A DNA stretch of 63,159 nucleotides, the filler included, from Octopus bimaculoides (lineage: Eukaryota): the NCBI RefSeq assembly GCF_001194135.2. It is 4 parts of 4 records of this genome, joined end to end, with 100 filler letters (N's around TTAATTAATTAA, not from the genome) between each part and the next. Parts side by side here need not be neighbours in the genome. Positions count along the whole stretch, not along the records: positions 1 to 25,965 come from NC_068985.1; positions 26,066 to 50,040 come from NC_069001.1; 2 more parts are not named here. One strand, given 5' to 3'. A model generated the notes under the pieces. It was not told the DNA's origin, searched no databases, and saw nothing but the letters and a program-made list of their open reading frames with translations. Made by a program: the position numbers and the translations under genes. Below, one piece after another: positions 13,916 to 28,348 of the stretch. Each line of letters begins with the position of its first letter. Position 1 is the stretch's first letter.

Positions 13916-16900
13916 GAAAATACGTAATAATAGAAAGAATGTCGTACATTCGGAAAGACATGTTATGCACATAGCCATGATAACAATCTATCATATGGCA
14001 GATATGCAATACGGAATTTGATGGGGGAACGCATAAATATGAAATTTTCGAGAATATACTGAACGGCAAGCTAAATTCCTTAGATGATATAAAGAATATC
14101 TTCCCCATATCCCAGTTCAGATTTTGAGCGAATAAGGAAGCATTAAGAGCTGTTTCCACGAAGTTGCTATTTTTAAGAATAAACTGAAACCAAATGAAAA
14201 GTCAGTCTAATGAGATTTAAAAATCGCTCACCATACCATTGTTTCAAAAAATTTTTGTAACTAAGCCGCTAGCTGTTTCTGATTTCAGGAACTCAAATAT
14301 TATATATACCTCCTGTAATCTCTTCCCCAAGTGTCTCCAATTTGAAACATTGTCTTTCTATTTTACACAACGTATATGTTTAAATCATCTGACGATACAA
14401 AATTTTTTCCAACATTGTAATGGGCTTAGAAGAGCTTGCAAAACCTTTGAGTAGCTACTGCAGTTTTTACATGAAGCAAAGCATCTGTGAATTTTATTTC
14501 ACCTGTTTCAAAGACACTGATTTTCATCGTCTGTGCAGCGATAATTTGTAGTCGCTCACATTGATTATCTGTGAATGGAGCTAGAATGATTTTTTTGTGT
14601 GTTACAAGAATGATTTTGTGTGTTACAATGGTGCAAGTAATATATTTTATGCCATGCTTTACCACATTATAGGATTATTGGTTGTTTAGTGCAGATTATT
14701 TTCTAGCTCTAGTAGTTATAGTCTATGTTAATGATGCATATTGATGGAAGACATTTTCAGTGATACCAAACCATTGAAATTGAACTGACTATATTTGATC
14801 TAAAGGAAGGATATCATTCTTAATAACAGAGAGGGCGAACATAATGTTCCCTGTGTAGTGATTGTGTATTGTCGCTGTTGGAAGTTGCCACAATGAAAGG
14901 ACGCCATTCTGAGAATAATACGAAAGGATAATCATTTCAATAGAGATTTGTGGTGAGCGACGATTACAAGATGCTATTAGGAGTGTAGAATTACTTTGCG
15001 TTGGGGTCGATACCATGTTAATAGCTATTGTATATGAGAAATATCAAAGGGAAAAAAATTAAATATGTGGTACACTACATTTAATACAAAGTTTGAGAAA
15101 TATCCCAGTGTGAATGCCTCAGCTTTGTGAAGAATCTTTTAGAGTGGCTCAGATGATTGTGACGGGCATTTGTATGTGGCTGCCTGCTAGTCGAATGGAG
15201 AGGGATCTACATAAAGTTAACTTTAACTAGTTTGTGTAGTTTTGAAATCGATGCTAAACATACATTATTCCAAAATAAGGTAAATACAAAATATTGACAT
15301 TTTCCATAAGAGGACATAAATATTGCCAAAAATCAGTGCACGTACTGACAGCAACTTTTGGCTGTTATGCATTATAAAATATTTATATTTATTCAAAACT
15401 TAATATTGCAAGATGTGAACAGAAGAAGCATTGGCTTGCAAAATAACACACGGTTGGAAACCGAGTGATAGCGTGACAGAACGAACAGAAAATGTGGAAT
15501 TACTGATCATTTGCCAATGGTTTTAACACTTGCTGATGTAAACCGTGTTTATAAGCGGAATAAAACAGAGAAGCATACAAATACACATATGTATGTATGT
15601 ATGTATGTATGTATGCATTTACATATTATNNNNNNNNNNNNNNNNNNNNNNNNNNNNNNNNNNNNNNNNNNNNNNNNNNNNNNNNNNNNNNNNNNNNNNN
15701 NNNNNNNNNNNNNNNNNNNNNNNNNNNNNNNNNNNNNNNNNNNNNNNNNNNNNNNNNNNNNNNNNNNNNNNNNNNNNNNNNNNNNNNNNNNNNNNNNNNN
15801 NNNNNNNNNNNNNNNNNNNNNNNNNNNNNNNNNNNNNNNNNNNNNNNNNNNNNNNNNNNNNNNNNNNNNNNNNNNNNNNNNNNNNNNNNNNNNNNNNNNN
15901 NNNNNNNNNNNNNNNNNNNNNNNNNNNNNNNNNNNNNNNNNNNNNNNNNNNNNNNNNNNNNNNNNNNNNNNNNNNNNNNNNNNNNNNNNNNNNNNNNNNN
16001 NNNNNNNNNNNNNNNNNNNNNNNNNNNNNNNNNNNNNNNNNNNNNNNNNNNNNNNNNNNNNNNNNNNNNNNNNNNNNNNNNNNNNNNNNNNNNNNNNNNN
16101 NNNNNNNNNNNNNNNNNNNNNNNNNNNNNNNNNNNNNNNNNNNNNNNNNNNNNNNNNNNNNNNNATATATGGAATAATAAAACGAATGGCTTACACCTGG
16201 CAGCATTTTCCGTCTTTCATTTGCCATATGTATAAAAACGCACACAGACGTGTGTATACATACATACACAGATCAAACATAAATATACCAGCAAACCAAT
16301 GAATTTGGTTACAACATTAGAAAACATATCACATGTCATATTGCTCTTCCAGAAAGCTTTGAATTAAGTGTCGCAGTTAAACAAATCTCCACATGAAAAA
16401 AAACTTCAGTTTCTAACTATTTGATTAATGTTCATAAAAGTGTCTTCCTTGCAGGTTATGAACTGAGCGTAAACGCCTTTTGATCGTGTTCTGTTGTATT
16501 ATATTTTATTTATTAATTTGATTTGTGGCCTATTTGCATAAGACATCCAATGTTTCCAAATCCGTCAGAGGTTTTAATTACAGTTAACAGATCGTTTATT
16601 TATCGTAGCTACAGAATACATGGCACACATAAAGCTGACTGATGCAGCATTGGTCACAACGATTCATGAGGAAGCTATTTCTCCACTCTAACTGAATAAA
16701 TGGCAAAATGTTCCTTACATAACGGGAGTAGCTTTTGCTTTGAAGTGTGATTGCAAAACACTTCCTGAATATGCTACGTTACATCGATCGCACATTGGAT
16801 AACTAATATCCTAAATGTGCTTATTAGATAATCAGATTCATACCACCATATCATTGCTTTCCACCAAACAGAGATAGCCATTCGTCAGAAAGTAATCACT

Positions 16901-17249
16901 TCAGTTCTGTGCGCCTCAACTACATTGATGCTATGTAATCTGTACTTGCAAGTGTTGTAACAGATTTTCCCGTTGCAAGTTCAGTGAAAATAATGTTTTT
17001 TGCATGTGTTCCGCAGAATGTCTACTTCTCACGATTTCACTAAGAGATATACAGGCTTTCGGAATGATGGGAACTGTACAATTTGGACAGACTGCAATAC
17101 GGTCTTCAGAATGCTATAATTTCGATCCTTTACGTCTTAGAAAGAAATATCAAATATACAGTCATAAAGAGTTATGCATTCGAATATATATGTGTGTTTC
17201 TACACAGACGCACACACCTACACTGAGACACACATACACACACGCGCAG

Positions 17250-17374
<125 letters not shown>

Positions 17375-19184
17375 TCTATGTATATTAAAACATTTTTTCT
17401 CTCCACATAACAGAAAATCTGCACCATCTTCAGTTAGCTTCCGCCCCGCCATTGTGATCGACCGGCGTGACAGAATACTACGCTATGTCCAGAACATCAT
17501 AGCATTCTTCTTAATGATGATTTTAATATCAAGGAGAGTCATTGTTTTGCCGGTTTCCTTTTCGTTCTTGTGTACAATACTCAGCGACCGTGCCATTAGG
17601 AATAATTTGTCATATAGCTTATGGTTATATATTTCTGTAGCGGCAACTAAACTTCGCATGGGTAGTATTTTGTCTACATTTTCTCTCTCTGTAAATTCGT
17701 CCAGTAGGGTGGACCACTTACACCGTATGCAGCAAAATAATAGCAGTATAAAGAAATGTTTTCTTCATTTTAGATTGTGCAACCTTGATCTTATTGTCGA
17801 TATTAGAGTTAGATGAAATTGAAGAATATTATAACTCGCATGCCATGATCACTAAGTGAACAACACTGAATAATAACTGATAGAAAGATTCTGATTAAAA
17901 TGCTTGTGTAAGCGAAACATGAGTTGTATTCAAAATATAAATATATTCAAATGTTTTGATGTGGAAAACAATCATTCGTTTTCAGCAAATTGAAGGCAAG
18001 ATTTCCAATAAATTTGCATTATTAGCACAGTTTTTCCACACCATTATTCGCCAATAAACGTTGAAATTGAGTTGTATGGAAGGGTTGCTTAGTAAAGTGG
18101 ACGAGGCATATTAAATCGACCGGGAAGTTGAAGATATAAAGATATAAGTGAAACGATACACTTTGTTCTTGAATATGAATTGAATAAAATATTCCAAGAA
18201 ATGTCTTTATCCAATTATTCAGGTGTTAATCGAATTTGTTATTTTATTTTTCTAGAACAATTGCCTCTAAACTGTATTTCATCAATAGCATTGTTTATGA
18301 AAATGATCCATTTAAAAGAACGAAAGTAGTGCAGTGAAGCAGTTTGTTTATAAATTGAAGGAAGCTGTTTAAAACATGCAAAGAAATAAATTGCATACGT
18401 TTGCTTGTATATATGTGAGTATGTATTTTCATGTAAATTTCAGAACAATTGACTTTGTTGAAATCTCTGTTAACCCAATGCAAAAATCTGTTCTAATACG
18501 GCTCTTGAACAATAATCGGCTAACTGCTGCAAATATGATAGATACAAAATAACTCAGGTATATAGATGAATTAACAGCTAATTGATCAAACTACGTTTTG
18601 CTAATATATATTTAATACAAAATTACTCTCTTCAACGTGATTCCCATTTCCTATTATAGGTTACATAAAAATACATATCTTTTTTCCCCACTGTCAATTA
18701 GTAACGCAGTGTATGCATGGTTTAGTATTAGACTGAATCTAGTTCCATAGTGTCTTCATTATTTGCGCGTCAGAAGGCCATTACAAAAGTGTCATTATTC
18801 CGTGATGTCTAAATCATATTACGACTAATAGAGACTCGTTTGAAGATGTTAATATTTTTGGCTTAGTGTTCAGAAGTATGATGCAGTTAGACTTTGGCAA
18901 ATGTGATAAAAATATGATTAGATTTCAGGTTGTGCATTTATGATTCGATGGTCGCAGTAGAATATTACGTGGAATTTAAAGACCCGAGAGCTGCACCAGT
19001 TCGGATTAAGGAAGGACAGTTACGATATAAATTGTAAAGTGTACGAGAAGTTTAATTCTATGATGCTATCGAATTGCCTCAGGATTTATACAAGCGTGTA
19101 AATATTTGCTTATATATACATATATACGTATGCATACATATGCGAGTGTGTTCATTCGCTTGTATTTGAGCGCGTGCATGTGTA

Positions 19185-19705
19185 TGTGTAGTGAGAGTTT
19201 GCTTTCTAAGCCACATGATTCCTAGTTCAGTTCCACTGCGAGGAAACTCGTGCAGGTCTATTCTACTAGAGCTTCGGGCCAACTAAATCCTTGTGAGTGG
19301 ATTTGGTAGATGGTAACTCAAAGAAGCCCGTCGTATATATATATATATATATNNNNNNNNNNNNNNNNNNNNNNNNNNNNNNNNNNNNNNNNNNNNNNNN
19401 NNNNNNNNNNNNNNNNNNNNNNNNNNNNNNNNNNNNNNNNNNNNTATATATATATATGTATGTATGTATGTGTGTATGTGTGTGTGTGTTTATATTGGTG
19501 TATTTGTGTCTGTCCCCCCACCATCACCTGACAACAGATGTTGTATTTCTGTCCTTTTATCTTAGCGGTTCGTCTGAAGAGACCGATAGAATAAGCAGCA
19601 GGCTTACAAAAAATAAGCTCATGGATCGATTTCTTCGACTAAAAGGCGGTGCTCCAATGAAAATGGCGACAATCAGAATGACTGAACCAAGTGAAAGAAC
19701 GAACA
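19185..19705 (+). mobile_element. SINE family B with internal (TA)n/(TG)n, spanning a gap
   Basis: tRNA-like head, ttgtgagtggatttggtaga...aagaagcccgtcgtata, microsatellite, 3' half gatagaataagc...cgactaaaaggcggtgctcc...gactgaaccaagtgaaag. Confidence 0.85.
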
Positions 19706-20895
19706 CACGTTTGCTCCCGTTTTATGCTAAAATCGGATATATGTTATACAAAAAAACATGAGCAGCACCATCAGAAACATCATATACTTTGTTCTTATAA
19801 TTTATAGTAGGGAATAGTTAACGTGATTTATTACTCACTACTAATCTGAGGATGCAAATATTCAAATGCAGCAATCAATATGTATTTATTTAGCCACATC
19901 ATCTTCACCATCACACTTCTTACAGTATTTAAATTTGAAACCCATTCTGCCAAATTCTACATAGTCAAGAAGTATGATTTTACATAGATTTACTAAGATT
20001 AAACAATTTCATCATTCCATTAAGTATTTTGTAATTGGTTTGTTGAAGATAGAACTAAACATGGTTACTGCTGCCAACAATGAAATCGATTAGAAATTTT
20101 TCGCATTCTTAAGAAGAAAGTAATGAAATTTTAAATGTTTAAGTTGATATTGGAATATTGAAGTCTCAGTAGGAGATTGCTATTTCCCATACGGAAAGTA
20201 TCACAAATTTCACGATAAACAAAACGAAAAAAAGAAATTTGTCACATGCTGAGCTACATAATTGCAAATATATTTCACCTTGGGGTTCCGTTGGCGTTGT
20301 AAATTTCGAATAATTTAACTCTACGCGAGAGAATACAAAACAGAATTTTACACTATAATCAATATACATTATAGAGAGAAACACGGTGAGTTCTTATTCT
20401 AAAAACAAAAGAAAAATTTCTCATCCTTCATTTTGATATATATATAGATGAGTATATGTTCCAAATGAAATATTTTCAAGTTCATATTCAATTGATCACG
20501 GGTGAAATAAACCAGCTTTTCTCTGAAATTCTTGATGCCACACATAAATACACATAATGTATATTCAAAAGAAAATTATGGATGTAGACTCGATACTGAA
20601 ATACTTCATGTTCAGAATATTTACCAAATAAATGTAATGTGCTCCATAAAATCAACTAATCGTGAATCGTTTGAATATAAATGATGCAAATTCTCATGAA
20701 GAGCACATATATGCTAGAAAATATGTGGCTTTCATTTGTAAGCGTTTAGCTATGCATCATCCAATTAATCAATTTATGTAAATAATGTTCAGTGGAGGTA
20801 AAGAAAAATTCGACAATATCATACTCTTATATATGTTGGTATGTGTAAGCAATTAATAATGTAAAACATTATTGAAGTGTTATAGTTCACTGTAT

Positions 20896-21032
<137 letters not shown>

Positions 21033-21419
21033 GACCAGCATGAGATTTTTTATAGTAGTACATAATCGAATTCATTTTGAAATAAATGTTTCCACAAAGT
21101 ATTGATTTATATTGCAAACTAAAATACTTTCTTTCAAATAATAAACTGAATATTAGGTAACTACTTACTGAAGCAAATTAATTATTAATGATATGCGCAA
21201 TTAATTGACATTCTAAGAATGACAATATAGTTGTGAATGTGGTATATTGGTGCTATAATAGAATGAAATATTGAATTGAATTCAAAATCAGAATTGTATA
21301 AAATATATAAAGGAAACAACATATCTGTGTTGAACGTCTCTTATAATCTGAGAAAAACGCTTGTACAATTTCTTGCTGAGCAGCCAACACAGATGACTTC
21401 GTTATAATGATTAATTGTT

Positions 21420-21615
21420 TTGTACTTTACATTAGCTCAGTCTCTCCATCGAGTCGATGCTGTCTGAATAGATGCACGATAAGCCACAAGTTAGGTATCT
21501 ATGCGATCGAAGTATAACGTCAGATGAATTGTTCTGCTCAAGAACGCAACGTATCACCGGATACAGGAATTGAAGCAACGGATCCACGATCATGACTACA
21601 ACGCCCTCACTGCCA
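21420..21615 (-). mobile_element. Degenerate SINE (family C-like head)
   Basis: ctgctcaagaacgcaacg...ggaattgaagcaacggatccacgatcatga resembles 10495-10560. Confidence 0.5.
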
Positions 21616-21890
21616 ATTACACTTTAGCTGAGAAATCAGTTGGTTCCGATATTTAGTTTACTGAACGTTTAATACTGGTTTCCACCATTTTATAACCTCA
21701 ATGCTCATTCAGTGTGTCTCTTTTACATTCAACTAATTAGAGATTCATTACCAGTTACCTCACTCGAGAAATTACCACATAAAATTACCATAAAACAATT
21801 AAATGTTTAGTTTAAGTGACAATATATCGAAGTTACCATATCCGTGTAAAGAAAGCGACCACTTAACGCTAATATTACCAATATATTAGG

Positions 21891-22098
21891 AGGCGGTGAG
21901 TTAGCACAATCGTTAGCACCCCGGGCGAAATGATTAGCCGTATTTCGTATGTCTTTACGTGAGTTCAAATTCCGGCCAGGTCGACTTTGACTCTCATCTT
22001 TTCGGGATCGATAATTAAATACCAGTTGTGTACTGATGTCGATGTAATCGACTAATCCCCTGCCCTAAAATTTCGGGCCTTGTGTCTAGAGTAAAAAA
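21891..22098 (+). mobile_element. SINE family A
   Basis: aggcggtgagttagcacaatcgttagc...gagttcaaattccggccaggtcgacttt...cgggccttgtgtctagagta. Confidence 0.85.
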
Positions 22099-22524
22099 TA
22101 ATAATACAAATATATTATATAAATTAAACAAGAAAAGTATTCAAGTTTGTTACATTTGTATTTATCTTAAACAATTTTCGACGAACTTTCTGTCATATTT
22201 AAAATAATTTTCATTTCCGTTGAAAGAACCGGTAATTCTATACATGCAAACACAGAACTGCAAATATATTCTGTAAATATAAACATCATCTCGTCATAAG
22301 CAATTGAAGCACCTTTTAATTTAAATGGTCATCTAAGTACTTTACTTAAATTTTCACATGTAAGAACCATCGGATTTCCTCCGAAATAAAATTTTGCTAT
22401 AGACGGCATGTGTTAAATACAAGGCACATATCATACAGAGACAAAGAAATCATTCCGGTTTAGCAAAGGAGAGCACCTGGTTCGTTCCGGCCCTTGGTCT
22501 TTATCCACGAATCTGTCTCTGTCT

Positions 22525-22790
22525 TTGCACACAACCACCGCTTGATAACGTGTTGGTTTTTTAAAAAGAGTCTTTAAAGTGTTTCAGCTTTAAAGCCGTG
22601 GTCATGCTGGGGCACCACCCTTATGTACGCCCATGTTACATAGCGGATGGACAGAAATGAACGATAAAATAAGAATTAGGCTTTAATACACACTTTTGGT
22701 GTCGATTCTTTCGACTAAGAAATTCTTGAACGCAGTCCCCCAGCATGATCGCAGCCTAATAGCTGAAACAAGTAAAAATACAAATTAATT
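22525..22790 (+). mobile_element. SINE family B 3' half, with a short inverted tail fragment inside
   Basis: caccgcttgataacg...gtcgattctttcgactaag...cagcatgatcgcag...gctgaaacaagtaaaa; gccgtggtcatgctggggcacc is the tail in reverse. Confidence 0.6.
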
Positions 22791-24374
22791 ACACATGGAT
22801 TTTTTTTTTGTAGTTAAAGGAATATATAGTCATTGGAGCCAGTATTCGGTGAGAGTTAAAAGCACTTGAGTTTTGTCGTCTTGAATTCTAACTATGATCT
22901 GAAGTTAGAATTTTAATTAAATATTTGTTGTCTATATTATACTCATTACTATTTCAATAATTCTACATCAATAAATTACAGCAATTTACTAATGAATCGA
23001 CCAATGATAAAATAAACACTATATCCTGAATATGCACATAGTTTTAAATTGGATTTCTTCCAATTGTCTGTTCAGATCTGCTAATGATTCTATATCATAA
23101 CAAAGTAAGTTGTACTTATTTTTGCTTGCGTTTAATTCGTGAAATATTTATTTAAATTAATCTGTTTGCTCGTCGAACGTAAACAATCAAATAATAGATT
23201 GGCAATTTCAATTTTAAATGTTCGAAAGCAGAACAAATTAAATTAGCTAAGAATTGTAGTAGCGCTTTTTTAACCCTCAAAACTCATTAAACGCCTAATA
23301 AACTGATTGGTTGTTTCAGAATTTATGACAGTTCCGAATACATTTATTGATTTACATAATTGATCTCTAAATTTAATTTCCTTTCAATGTAATAAAATTA
23401 CCGTCTAGTGAACCGTATATCTTAACAAATATATATGTGAGTGCATGCATACATTATGGAAATTTTCTAGGGTTTTCGTTCCGAAGAATTTCGCTGTTCA
23501 TGGGACCATTAATATTTACTTTCTTTATAAATTTAACCTAAGAGTATAAAAGCATTGAATTACTTTAACCGATTCTCTTGACCAGCAGTACATCACATCA
23601 AATTTTCCCACGAATAAAGCGGCAACGTCTTAAGTAAGGAAAGGACACATAAATAAATTCAATACTCCAAATTCCTAAATTCACAGACTAATCATGACAC
23701 TAAAGTTTCTGTAAAATATCTGTCCGTAATCTTTGATTTGATCCTTGTTTAAACAGAAACGTTATAAGAAAATCTTGCAAGCGTTGATATCATGTATGTG
23801 TGTATCAGTGTTTGTGTGTACGTGTGTTTGTGCTTCTGTGCACTGCATGCTTTTAACGAGACTTGCAAGTGTTCGCCTCTCTGTATATACTGATACACAC
23901 AAGATATCTCAAATTTATATGAAAGGGATGAAATATTGAACAAAACACGCGAGCTGCGGGACAAGATTCTTCTTCTTCTTCTTCTTCTTCTTCTTATAAT
24001 TATAATAATTATTATTATTACGTGCATACACTTCACTACCGAGCGCAGCTATGTGGGCATTGTTCATGTACTGTGATATGTTGTGAAACTCTTATTTTTA
24101 CTGTATCGAAAGTGGTTTACTTAATCTACGTGCCCTGTCTAGTACAGCTATTTTCTGTGTGTTATATATACCTGTTAGCCCTGTTGTTTTTTTGTTATGT
24201 ATTTGCCTGAATGTTTTTCATCATACCTAATGAGCCTATTATGATAGGAATTGTTTCTGCTTTTAGACTCCACATTCGAGTTACGTCTAAGTCCAGGTCT
24301 TTGAAAGTTTCTCCGTTTCTTTTAGAGAAATATTGTAATCGGTTAGTATTGATTCATCGATAAGAAAGCACTTA

Positions 24375-24377
24375 TTG

Positions 24378-24471
<94 letters not shown>

Positions 24472-24527
24472 GAAGAAGAAGAAGAAGAAGAAGAAGAAGA
24501 AGAAGAAGAAGAAGGAGAAGAAGAAAA
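24375..24527. repeat. Compound trinucleotide microsatellite (GTT)(ATT)n(GAT)n(GAA)n
   Basis: Direct reading. Confidence 0.95.
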
Positions 24528-24609
24528 TGATGTTGAAGAATATATATTAATGTCTATATTAACTAGTTGGATTCGTCTAGATACTGGAGTATTAAAATAA
24601 AGAATATCG

Positions 24610-24810
24610 GGGGAAGTGCCTAACAGTATTTCGTCTGCCGTTACGTTCTGAGTTCAAATTCCGCCGAGGTCAACTCTGTCTTTCATCCTTTCGGGATCGA
24701 TTAAATAAGTACCAGTTAATCACTGGATTCGATATAATTGACTTAATCTTCTTGTCTGTCCTTGTTTGTCCCCTCTATGTTTAGTCCCCTGTAGGCTATA
24801 AAGAAATAAA
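24610..24810 (+). mobile_element. SINE family A, 5'-truncated
   Basis: tcgtctgccgttacgttctgagttcaaattccgccgagg...gtccttgtttgtcccctctatgtttag, closely matching 57460-57620. Confidence 0.9.
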
Positions 24811-25965
24811 ATGTGTTAGATATTAATTTCGTCCTCAAATACGGATTTTAAAAGTAGACGTGCGCAAGACGTGGTAAGAAACAAGGCTTTGTGTGAGTGT
24901 GCGCAGGAGAGAGAGAGAGAGGGAGAGAGAGAGTGAGAGAGAGAGAGATAAAGAGAGAGAGAGAGAGGCACTGGGTTTGTATGTGTATTTGTCTTTGTGC
25001 GTGTGATGAATATACTAGTTAAGAGCGCAATATAATACCGATTTGTATATATTAACGTGTCGTGAAATATTCTGACTATAAGGATATTTCAAACAGCTTC
25101 TTTTACATAAATTGGTTTGAAACATATTTTTTTTGCAATCATTTAAGAATAAATCACATTAGTTTTTGAGAAACAACACCCCAAAAACGCGTCTGTATTG
25201 AACAAAAATCGTACAAAAGCTTACAACCGGAATTTGGTTAAAACCGACGCTGAGTCACTTTATTTTCTTCAATTATATGTTTGTGCTTGCATTTTATTAG
25301 CATGAAAAATCTTTTCACATATAATAATCTGGAAAGAAAGTTGTATCAATGATGAACAAAATGCAAAATAAATACTATGAAAATACTTGATACTTGAATG
25401 CCCGAAAAAAAATATGATTAAATTAAGTTAGCGAATATTTGCTATTTTTATGTAGTTAAGCCGTTATTAAATAACTAAAATTGATAAACAAATTAACAGA
25501 TGTAGAGTGATGTGATCAACGGTGTGTCAGAAACAACAGATTTGTGAATCTCAATGGAATAAGGCATTTCTATCGTCGTTGTAATTTTCTCATTTTAAAA
25601 TCTGTAAAACCTATTAACAATTCTGTAGAAGAGACTTCCTTACCTTTGAAAATATACTCTCTTTTATTTAATTTTAAAACAGGTCTACACTAATATAATT
25701 TCTTTACAAGATACATCTTAGCAATTTTGAATTATGTACATGAAATAAATAAAATAAATGTTGCCTTTGCGTTTAAGAAACTGTGTGTTAAACAAAATCG
25801 AATATTTTTCTCCCTTACTTCTTCAACAATTGAGAATTTTATGAACAACCACAACCAGCTACGACTGATATAGATAACACATTACATGACAAAAACAGGT
25901 TTGATGAATGATGACTATATATACATACATACATACATACATACATACATACATGCATATGCATA

Positions 25966-26065
25966 NNNNNNNNNNNNNNNNNNNNNNNNNNNNNNNNNNN
26001 NNNNNNNNNTTAATTAATTAANNNNNNNNNNNNNNNNNNNNNNNNNNNNNNNNNNNNNNNNNNNN
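25966..26065. other. Scaffolding spacer (44 N + TTAATTAATTAA + 44 N); assembly artefact
   Basis: Identical 100-bp construct at 50041-50140 and 58451-58550. Confidence 0.9.
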
Positions 26066-26106
26066 ATATACCTATATAATATATGTATCTATATTATATA
26101 TATATT

Positions 26107-26138
<32 letters not shown>

Positions 26139-26790
26139 CATATATATATTTATATATATATATACATATATTTATATATATACATATATATGTATCTATA
26201 TTATATATATATATATATTTATATATATACATATATATATGTATCTATATTATATATATATATTTATATATATATTTATATTTATATATATACATATATA
26301 ATAAATGTATCTATATTATATATATATATATTTATATATATATTTATATTTATATATATACATATATAATATATGTATCTATATTATATATATATATTTA
26401 TATATATTTATATTTATATATATACATATATATGTATCTATATTATATATATNNNNNNNNNNATATATATTTATATTTATATATATACATATATAATATA
26501 TGTATCTATATTATATATATATATTTATATATATTTATATTTATATATATACATATATATGTATCTATATTATATATATATATATATTTATATATATATA
26601 CATATATAATATATGTATCTATATTATATTTATATAATATATTACATATATATTATATATATTATATATATATAGTATATATTACATATATATATTATAT
26701 ATATATATATATATGTGTGTGCATGTGTGCGTATATGTATGTATATATATACATGTATATATATGCGTGTGTGTGTGTGTGTGTGTATAT
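26066..26790. repeat. Complex (TA)-rich higher-order microsatellite
   Basis: Anchor tgtatctatatt recurs about 9 times at ~50-110 bp spacing. Confidence 0.9.
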
Positions 26791-27163
26791 ATGCGTGTTA
26801 GTGTGTATCTATGAATAACTGTTTGTATGTATATAAGTTTTGTTTCTTCATTTTATGTATTTGCGTCAACCCGTTTATCTAACGCTTTTTTAAATATTTC
26901 ACACAACAAACAGTGTCGGAGTTTTCAAACTCTCAGAAACCTTATAACATTTTGGTCCAGTTCGTTACGATTTCGAATCTGACTGATGACTTCGACTTTG
27001 AGTTTCATCGCTTCTCTCTCAACTAATATTTGTTGTGATCGAAGATAAAGTGTTTTACCCACCTGCTATTTATCGCGTAGATCAATCGTTCAGCGAACTG
27101 AACAGGGTCACATAGCACCAAATTAATCCCGGTGTTATCGATTTGTCATTTTTCCTAGGTATA

Positions 27164-27362
27164 CAATAATTCCTCACCATATCGCGGTTCACCTATCACA
27201 CACTCAATATATCGCGGATTTTTATGGTTAATATATGTAAAATTATATCGCGGACTCTTCAGTATATCGCGGGTTTCTGCGGCTGTTATGTATATATTTT
27301 TAAAAATCTTAATGATTTCTGTGGGAGGTTTTAGAACACCCGCGATAGTCGAGGGATTACTG
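27164..27362. mobile_element. Tc1/mariner (pogo/Tigger-like) MITE
   Basis: TA flanks at 27162-63 and 27363-64; left caataattcctcaccatatcgcgg vs right reverse complement cagtaatccctcgactatcgcgg; four internal atatcgcgg motifs. Confidence 0.75.
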
Positions 27363-27416
27363 TAGTGTATTACGGAGTACAGAATCCAATGTGTACTTTA
27401 TGAAGTTGGTAAAATA

Positions 27417-27840
27417 TATGGTGATGGTGATGGTGATGGTGATGGTGATGATGATTAATGAAGATTGACAAATCTTCATGACAGACGGACAATAATAATG
27501 ATTCTTTATATTTCATGTATGTTTACAACTGATAACGGCATTGACTATGTCAATTACGATAATGATAATGACGACAAGGATGACAGTAAATATGATAATG
27601 GAGATGATGCTAATGATGATTATGATGGTGGTGGTGGTGGTGAGTATTATTATTATTATAATTATTATAATTATTATTATTATTATTGCAAATACTTTAT
27701 ATGACAGACTAACAACATAGTATAACTGAGTACATTTTATTTTCATCTTACATCCATTTTCTTAACTGACAACGACAACGATGAGGATGATGTCGATGAT
27801 GATGATGATGATAATCATGATGATGGTGGTGGTGTCGACA
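27417..27840. repeat. Degenerate (GAT/GGT/TAT)n low-complexity tract
   Basis: Direct reading; source of the Asp/Gly/Tyr and His-rich ORFs. Confidence 0.85.
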
Positions 27841-28220
27841 TCGACAATGAAAAGTCATTAAGACATTCACTTTGCTACATTTGGCCAACCGATCGAAATA
27901 CTTTAATGCAATCAACTCTACAGAGATTTTAAAAGCCCCCCCAAAAAAGAACATAAATAATGAATTCAGGAAAAACATACGCAAAACACATGACAAAAAA
28001 TATAGGAAACAGGAACAAGGCTCGGAAGTAGAAGAAGAATAACCACAAAAAAACAACAAGGTATATATTTAATCCAGAAGAATTTCCCTTGAAGATTCCA
28101 GCACCGCTGTCAAACTGGTACCATAAGAATTTACAGAATAGATAGCCGACGGTCTGGTACTTGACATAAACCGTCTTTTAATCCTTGTTGCCTCTTTTAT
28201 ATTTACATATAACTATATGT

Positions 28221-28228
<8 letters not shown>

Positions 28229-28251
<23 letters not shown>

Positions 28252-28252
28252 G

Positions 28253-28344
<92 letters not shown>
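28229..28344. repeat. (TA)n microsatellite
   Basis: Direct reading. Confidence 0.95.

Positions 28345-28348
<4 letters not shown>

Noticed and set aside
14426-14665. 79-aa minus ORF as an exon or transposase piece
   Set aside because: No recognisable motif, weak splice sites, and part of it derives from a small tandem duplication at 14583-14627
20173-20385. Exon ending at the strong donor ACG|GTGAGT
   Set aside because: The longest frame hits a stop well before the donor and the acceptor is poor
26010-26021. TTAATTAATTAA motif recurring three times (also 50085 and 58495)
   Set aside because: Always centred in 44 N + 44 N to total 100 bp, with stops in all six frames; a synthetic scaffolding linker, not biology
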